Source: Azolla caroliniana
Taxonomy: Eukaryota; Plantae; Polypodiophyta
Length of the DNA: 18,774 nt
Direction: 5' to 3'
Assembly (NCBI GenBank): GCA_043228905.1
Contig: JBHGNT010000630.1
Coordinates: forward strand, 1 to 18,774
Of this stretch, positions 11,691 through 18,774 are shown one piece after another (the stretch's first letter is position 1; each line of letters starts with the position of its first letter). The notes beneath the pieces are model-generated. The model was not told where the DNA came from, did no database searches, and saw only the letters and a list, made by a program, of their open reading frames with translations. Both the position numbers and the translations under genes were made by a program.

Positions 11691-12038
11691 TTTAGTTGGG
11701 CTGGAGTCCGAGGCCATGCTGTGTTTCTTCACATTATATTTCTTTTCCTTCATTGAAATGTATGATGAATTCCAACTACAATTGTAAAGTATGTTAATAA
11801 TCAAACGACGCTATGCATAAGTTGTGCCGCTACAACCACCATGCTTATATGTATATGGATGAATATTAGTACGCAATGGTGTAACATGCACATCAATAAC
11901 CAACTTTTTCTATGGACTTCTAAACGAAGTATTCTCACATTATGTTGTAACATGTTTTAGACTAGAGGATTAAAAGAAGAAAAAGCATTCCGCTCCTATC
12001 TATACACAAAAATCCATGTATACAAATTTAGTTGGGCT
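11691..12038. promoter_or_regulatory. Two candidate site II elements (TGGGCT), each within an identical tttagttgggct 12-mer
   Basis: TGGGCT at 11697-11702 and 12033-12038. Site II (TGGGCY) typically accompanies telo-boxes. Confidence 0.4.
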
Positions 12039-13467
12039 TTTTTTCTTCAAAAGAGTTTTAAGCATCCTGCAAATTTGGTTGACTGCTTTGCCATCAAGAC
12101 TAGGAATTCAGCAAATTTAGTTTTAAGCATTCTGCAAACTCTTTCCTTGAAACGGCTGTTAATTCTTTTCTTTTGATCCTGTATCTAGTACTACTAGCAG
12201 TACTTTATATTCACAAACAAGAGGTGCTGTGATGCACTCAATGTCTACCTAATACTTGTGCTCCTATTTCAATAAACCATATTTATATTGTATTGTGATT
12301 AAGCCTCTGAAGAGTAATTCCTCATTACATTTAGAGAATAAAACACATTTCATCAAATAAACATATTGATGTGTTTGTTTAATCTTTTAAATTGCCACAC
12401 ATTTCAGTTATTAATATCCTTCTAAGAATGCCTTCAGGTGATCAAGTGGAGGATAAGCTTTACAGTCAATTTGGCAAAATAAAAATAAGCAATATATGAA
12501 CCATCCATGTGCTTATATTCAATATCTCCAATTTTGGTGACCACTTTGTGGAATTCGCTTTTCGTGAGCAAGTGGAGGACAGTCCATCAGCTTATTTCTA
12601 ATATGTGTGACATTTTGATACATGGTAAGCAAAATGTGAGCTTCTACTACCAGAAATATAATTGTGGTTAAGTAAAGAGTTACAGTGCTACTTAAAGCAA
12701 CAACAAAATCAAATTTTGAACTCATTCGTATTAAATGATACAAATTCAGAGAAAATTAAAGAATTACAAATTCCATTGCAGATACAGGCATGGAATGTAG
12801 ACAACAAATAAAATAAACTTAAATTACCTTCAAGAGCATCCACAGTTTGAAATACAAGCTGAGTATATTTATTAAACACATTTTTCAATATTGTATGGCA
12901 ACACAGTTCCATAATGAACATTTAAGCGCACATATGTATCAAGGGATCCAGATAACTATTAACGGGCAACAACTTTCCCTTCAATGTCCTCTATGGCTAT
13001 TAATCAGCAGAAAGACCAGAAAACCTCTGCTATCTATATCGACTTGCATTAAATAGAACTTGGCATAGCCTAACAAAAAATTGCATAAATTTTGATTTTA
13101 CTAGTCCCTATCCAACCTTTTAACCCAATGACCTTCTATTTTAAATAGGACCACAGCACAGCTGTAAAAATGGAAACTGAATTTCTGTGAATGATACATG
13201 ATAACAGACTGAACACCACCTGATAACTGATATTGAACTCTTGTTGGGGTTCGTAACATCATTTGCTCCTATGTAGAAATCTGCAAAAACACTGTAATAC
13301 AACCAGATTAAACAATCTGGTGGCAAACTCTTCTATAAAACTGCATGAAAAGCTCTCTCAAAAAACCAGCATCTGGGATCATCTTATCTTATCCCTTTTT
13401 TGAGCTTCAAAATCACAATATGCAAAATATAGTCAATTCTTGCTGCTGCTACATGCATGTATACATA

Positions 13468-16400
13468 TCATCGTCTGACATGCACTGACATGCCTCTTCC
13501 TGATAACGGAGAAGATAAATAATCTATATCATCTGAATCATGATAAAATATTACATCAGATGATGAGGTGGCATTCACCCAACCTGTCAGAAGATGGAAA
13601 ATTAAGTAAACACATCAAAGAAAACCAATCTATTATAAAGTTAGAAAGTGATATCGAAACAATACTCACGCTGGCAAAGTAAGTTGGCTATGTCAGAATA
13701 GTGAGAAATCAAGCTAGAACTCCCCGTAGCTGGCTGGGAAGTAGTTTGGTTCATATCAGATAATGGATTCCTAGAGACAATCACCATCCCTTTTTCATGC
13801 ACTTCATCACCACTATGCTGTATATCAGAATTGTGTAGAGTGTCTCTACGAGAATTCGATATTCCAGGCTTTGGTTCATGCATTTCAGGATCTTTTCTGT
13901 TGGCTCTATCAAGAAATTCACTTGCGTTAGACACATCACTATGTTCTCCAGGAGTAACAGGCCGCCAAACTTTCAAAGATCCAAGCTTATTTGTATTCTG
14001 CCATTGTATCATCTTCATTGTGTCATCGCCTCCTGGAATCAATAATGGATCATGAGAAACGTTTGCCTCATTGAGTGAGATTCGTCCAGATGCATCAGCA
14101 GGATTACCGATCATCATAAAAGCGCCTGAGACATTGCTAACTTCATTACTTGAGTTATCCATACAATCAACTTGTCCAGAATCCATTCTTGACAGATCAT
14201 TCATCTTGGATTCCCCATCCAATTCAGCAGATAAAGGATCATTAGACCAAGTATTTTGAAAAGGAATCATTACAGATCCAATTACTAGAGCCCCATTTCC
14301 TTCTTCTCCAGTGTTAACTTTCAAGGAGCTGTACACAAGTTCATCTGAATTCTCTTGTTCTTCAACCCCTAGCCTTGCAGAAATACACCCATCGGAATTA
14401 GATGTGGACTCCAGAGAAATGGAAGAGTCCTGGCTTAACACTGCACTTTTCTCTGAATCCATGGTGCAAAGGTTACCGTTGATTCCTAGATGCTCTAAGT
14501 GCAAAGCCAAATCTGCCTCTGAAGATTCATTCAAGGACCCTCTTAACTCAGAACCTGAAGTCACATTGCTTTGAGCTGAACTTTGTGACACTTTTCTTGT
14601 CCATACAGCATGACCACTCCCTGACGTAGTCATAGACTTCTTCACGCCTGAGAATTGTTCGCGATAATGATTGTATCTAGGCGTAGTGTTTGAATTTGAA
14701 GCTTCATGGGAAGAATTGCCAAAGTGATTATACGCCTTCCTTAAAAGCTTTTGACCTCCATTTTGATGGTCTAAATACCTTTTCTCATTGCCATAAGCTT
14801 GTTTTAAATTATTTGGGTGAATGCCCTCAACTTTCCTATCCTTCCACACCCATCCACCTCCCTGCATACTTGTTTTCCTATTATCCGTTCGATGCTCATA
14901 AATGCCATTTTGGCTATCCAGTTCTGGCAATTCATTGGGATCAAAACGGTACATTCCATCTTCTCTGCGAGTATCTATAGAATTGTCAAAATTAACATCT
15001 TCAATAGTATGCTGTTCCTCTAATGACTCTATAAGGTTTGCATCGGTTCCAGAGGAGCTTGATGAAGGACTTGATTGTCTAGGACTCACAGAGGAAGCAT
15101 CAAACTTCTCTTGTAAAGTTGATGAAGATTCTCCACCTTTTCTTTCCTTGTCTTTAGATTCCTTTTGCCTCATTTTCTTTTGTCGTTTCCTTTCCTGAAG
15201 CTTCTCTCTCCTGAGAAGAAGAAACAGAAAAATATATTAATATAATGAAACATAAACCGAACTTTTGTCACAAAAATAATTTCCAGGGTTTATGTAACAT
15301 GCTTTTTCTGAGCAGCCTCTTCCTCTTCAACTAAAGCCTTTTGGCATCTTAAAGCCTCCACATCTTTATCATCTGTCCATGCTTTCACCTGTGAAGATGA
15401 ACAAACATACGTTTAAAGACCATATATATCATGGCTTACAATCGATCACTTTTCCATGCTCGAAATCAATTAATAGCATAACTTTACGAACCAGCTTAAG
15501 TTCCACCAAAAATCCAAGAGATGCAACAAGATTTTTAGCCTCAAAGCCAACTTTTCCATGTTCGCTCTCAAAAACATGGCGTTGAATCGAGGAAGAAGTT
15601 ACACCATAAAAGGTGTTCTTTTCACTGGCGTCATCAAGGATGGTGAATAATTCATCCGAGTTGAGAGGAAACCGCGAGGGCTTGCTCTGCACAATATCCT
15701 GCATAATAGAAAAAACGACTAAGAAATGTTTGTTTTTGTTGCACATTTTGACCTATTATGATTTTAAGCGATGTTAAGATATCTTTATTGATTTATTAAT
15801 TTTCTGTTACATGCGTAGCGGTCCATTAATGTCTTACCAGAAGAGCTGTAGCAGTTCTGATGTAAGATTGAGGTAGCGATAGCAGTCCAGGTTTTTGTAG
15901 CTGAGTTGAAAGATTTTGGATTAATGATGTGGCTGAGAGATCCTGTGGAAAACAGAGCATGTTTTGTGAATCCAATTTTGGTTTGACGTACAAAAACTTG
16001 ATTTGAAAGGGAACGGGGGATACCATGAGAGAAAGATTATCAGATGAGACTACTCCACGAGCCTTTTCTGCTGTAAGCTACAAAACTCCAATAAACAAGA
16101 GTCAGAAACAGCAAATTATACATAAATCACGAAGACTAACTATCACTCACCTTATCCCAATAATACGCAATTTCCTCTCTCTTTTTCTTTAGATCCTCCT
16201 GGGAAAATAAATAAATATAAACAAAAGTAAGACTTTCCATATTCAAAACATCATTCTCCTCACTCAACTTTATCGAAACACTCAAACCTTGTCTCCATTT
16301 AGAGGCTTTCGATGAGTTGCTCGCATATGCCTCCGTTGATTTAGTGGAGAACAAAACTCTTGCGAACATTTTTCACACTTGTGCATTGTCATTTTGTTCG

Positions 16401-16915
16401 ACATTAGCGGCCACCCTGGAAGATCTGCAACTATACATTTTAAATTAACCTAAACAACAACACCAAATAGTGAAAAATACGACTAAAAACTGACACATAC
16501 CCTTGGCTGCTTGGGCAATGGCAACCATGGCTTCTGGAAACTTCAATGAATGAAATTTCTCTCCAGAAACTTGAGGACCCCTTCCAAAGATGTTGTTCCC
16601 ACCATTTATATTAGAGTGTAAAGAGTTCTTAATGATGGGGCTTTCACCTGCCTTATAATCATATTGAATAGGATCCTCTTGCCTCGCTCCTCTAACATCC
16701 AAACTTTGGTTCATGTTTTGTTGATCAATCGTATCCAGCCAATGAAACCGCTGAACAGGACTATTTTCAGCTTTGTTAAATGACAAGAAAGTATCGCTAA
16801 CAAGAGTTTGTTTGATGAGATTATCCAAAGTTTCATGCTGCTCTTTTCCCTTCATCTCCACATTAGGAAATGCCTCAGAGAATTTTCCCACAGACTGTTT
16901 GCTAGTATCAAGCAT
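13468..16915 (-). CDS. Uncharacterised plant C2H2 zinc-finger/coiled-coil protein (AT4G25610-like family); complement(join(13468..13583,13670..15210,15303..15388,15492..15698,15838..15942,16024..16077,16151..16198,16288..16424,16501..16915)), about 902 aa
   Basis: Nine exons splice in frame (2709 nt). Conserved-looking blocks: DLPGWPL, C2H2 finger CEKCSQEFCSPLNQRRHMRATH (16312-16377), YWDKL, KPGLLSLPQSY, DIVQSKPSRFPLNSDELFTILDDASEK, KNLVA, VKAWTDDKDVEALRCQKALVEEEEAAQKKREKLQERKRQKKMRQKE, QRWVNA. An acceptor at 16948-16949 with an in-frame stop before the ATG supports 16915 as the start. The family assignment is from recall, not from a search. Confidence 0.9.
15211..15302 (-). other. Probable non-canonical GC-AG intron (92 nt, phase 2) of the C2H2 gene
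   Basis: The donor AA|GCATGT joins EEEEAAQK in frame to the clear acceptor ttcttctcag|G. The nearby GT (CAT|GTTACA) is in the wrong phase for that acceptor. Confidence 0.72.
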
Positions 16916-17337
16916 TCTGTGAGAGTGGTGGCTTCAAATTCAATACCCTGAAAAATCACACAGCACCACCTTGTTTACATGATGGAAAAGATCTGGCATT
17001 AGCAACAGCTTCACTGCTCGTGAAATTACCAATTAGATCTTCAAACTCTGGATTCTTTCAAGTTCTATATAGTCAAGTAAAATATGAAGAGTCGCAATGC
17101 ATTCACTAGAAAGCAATTAACAACTTGATACAACATTTTCCTTCAGAAAACACTTCTTAGGGTCATGTAATATCTAGATGCATTGGAGTTCTGCATCAAC
17201 TGAAATATGCGGGCTGACAGTGCATTGGAGTCCCACATTGTCAACCAAAATATTAGGACTCACACAGTGCATTGGCCATAAAAAGATTTATCAGTATACA
17301 ATATTTCCATCAGAGAAACACCTTACTGCCAGGTACC

Positions 17338-17717
17338 CATGCATGCAGTCATAAGAAACTATGAGAAAATAGCCCAAATTTGCACGAGCCTAGAAGAGAG
17401 TGCATATATTTCTGTCAGATTTATATATTTTTTAATAAATGAGGGAACCTTTTACATCAATCACTGAGTTAGGCAAACTGTTAACATGACATAGGAATTA
17501 TAAGACAATGGTTTCCATAGTTTCAGAATATAACTTGTTTGCAATGCATTGCAAATAAATGAATCTAACCAGCATTTAATAAATTGCTCCCTAAGGTTTC
17601 TTTTCATGCATGTAATCATAGGAATTATGAGAAAATAGCACAACAGCACGAGTCTAGAAGAAATTTTATATATTGCTGTCAGATCCATATATTTAAGTAG
17701 CTGAGGACACTTTTTTT
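17338..17717. repeat. Diverged direct repeat, 2 x ~113 bp, offset 267
   Basis: catgcatgYaRtcataRgaa..atgagaaaatagc...gcacgagYctagaaga...tatatt.ctgtcagat..atatattt at 17338 and 17605; a partial third piece (cataggaattat) lies at ~17490. Confidence 0.88.
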
Positions 17718-18419
17718 GCCGAATTCTGGGTCAGAAGAAACATTAAGACGATACAACAACAACAAAACCATAGTTTCATTGGCAGTAGTTTTGCAATGCA
17801 ACTTGTTTGAGCTACACTGTAGATAGTGCTTCTAAACACTCAAAACTGTAATCTTTGTGAAATTATCTTTCCTAGAAGCCAAAATTACTAATTCAGTGAC
17901 TATTATTTTGCTATTCCAAAAGTGGTCAAGCATAGACAATTTCTTTCCATCTTCCACACTCTCTCTCTCTCTCTCATTCTGAGATTTCTCTCTTTCTCTC
18001 TGATATTTCTTTCTTTCTGTCTGATACCTTGGCCGGAAAGAATATCAGGTTTTCATTAATCAAGAGACAATGGTTTGAGATGCAATCTTTTATTCTTTCT
18101 TAAAGCCCAGTTTGATCACTTAAAAGATGTTAATGTATCTTCCTTTTTCTCTCTTGGATCATTAAATCATCCTCAAGATCACTAACCCAATCTCTCTATT
18201 ATATCTTAGGCTTTTTATCCTTCAGCATCATATATATGACTTTCTCATTTACATATATGTTCTAGGTGATATTTTACTTTATCTGGAAGAACCATTATCT
18301 TCTTCATAACTTTCTCTTGATGTATAAGAGCTTGATAATCTTTATGGTTTTAAAATCTAACACTAATGTTGCATATGTAATGCAGGACTCCTATATTTCC
18401 TATAGAGTGCAGACGTCAG

Positions 18420-18774
18420 AAATGGGCCGATTGTAACGCATTTGCAATGATTTCCCTAATGTTGCCAATGCATTGTCGATGCATTAAAGAAGCATGCCAC
18501 CAGAAAGTTGTGCAGCACACTGGGTTCCATACCAGGTGACTTTGTGCTATTCTTGCTCTAACATGCTCTCCACTATTTTGGTGAATGGTGGTCAACGATT
18601 CCTTTTTTAATACCAATGATGAATGCTATTTTGCCTTTAATCTTTGAGGTGAGGTGACGCGTAGCACAACCCAAGGCTCAATTCTGGCGAACTTGAGCAA
18701 GATGAGTTTGCCCAGTAGTTTCACTCACAGTGGTAATATTCACCCAGATATCCAGCAGCCACCCTGACCATACT
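18420..18774 (+). mobile_element. Decayed L1-type LINE reverse transcriptase fragment, probably continuing past the window end
   Basis: Plus-strand motifs in RT order across frameshifts: W...AMISL/(D)VANA (LDxxxAFD-like, ~18444-18475), KVVQHTGFHTR*LCAILAL (GFxxRW), STILVNGG (~18569-18592), VTRSTTQGSILA (RxxRQGxPL-like, ~18654-18689). Locally higher GC. Confidence 0.7.

Noticed and set aside
12519-13326. Short ORFs and a donor-like GAAG|GTAATT (12826-12827) downstream of the C2H2 stop
   Set aside because: No coherent exon chain or homology; at most 3'-UTR splicing, which I cannot support from sequence.
13831-15198. Several + strand ORFs over the large exon
   Set aside because: Antisense shadows of the C2H2 gene's coding exon.

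Overview
AT-rich eukaryotic nuclear DNA from a land plant. The lineage cannot be fixed from sequence alone, though the compact ~75-140 nt introns and decayed LINE motifs look fern-like. Three protein-coding genes can be built by hand. (1) The 3' end of a GT8 galacturonosyltransferase-like (GATL) gene, + strand, <1..407. (2) A complete 3-exon LSM6 (Sm-like protein) gene, - strand, 8289..11342, 92 aa, with a 2.7 kb first intron and telo-box/site II elements upstream. (3) A complete 9-exon gene, - strand, 13468..16915, about 902 aa, for a poorly characterised plant C2H2 zinc-finger/coiled-coil protein with a long disordered tail (resembles the Arabidopsis AT4G25610 family, from recall); its best model needs one GC-AG intron. 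Intergenic and intronic DNA holds microsatellites, short tandem duplications and heavily decayed Ty1/copia and L1-LINE remnants that the ORF track does not show. I found no convincing new multi-gene system. The best leads are post-transcriptional: a bulged miR408-complementary site at the end of the C2H2 CDS, the GC-AG intron, and possible NMD-linked splicing of LSM6.
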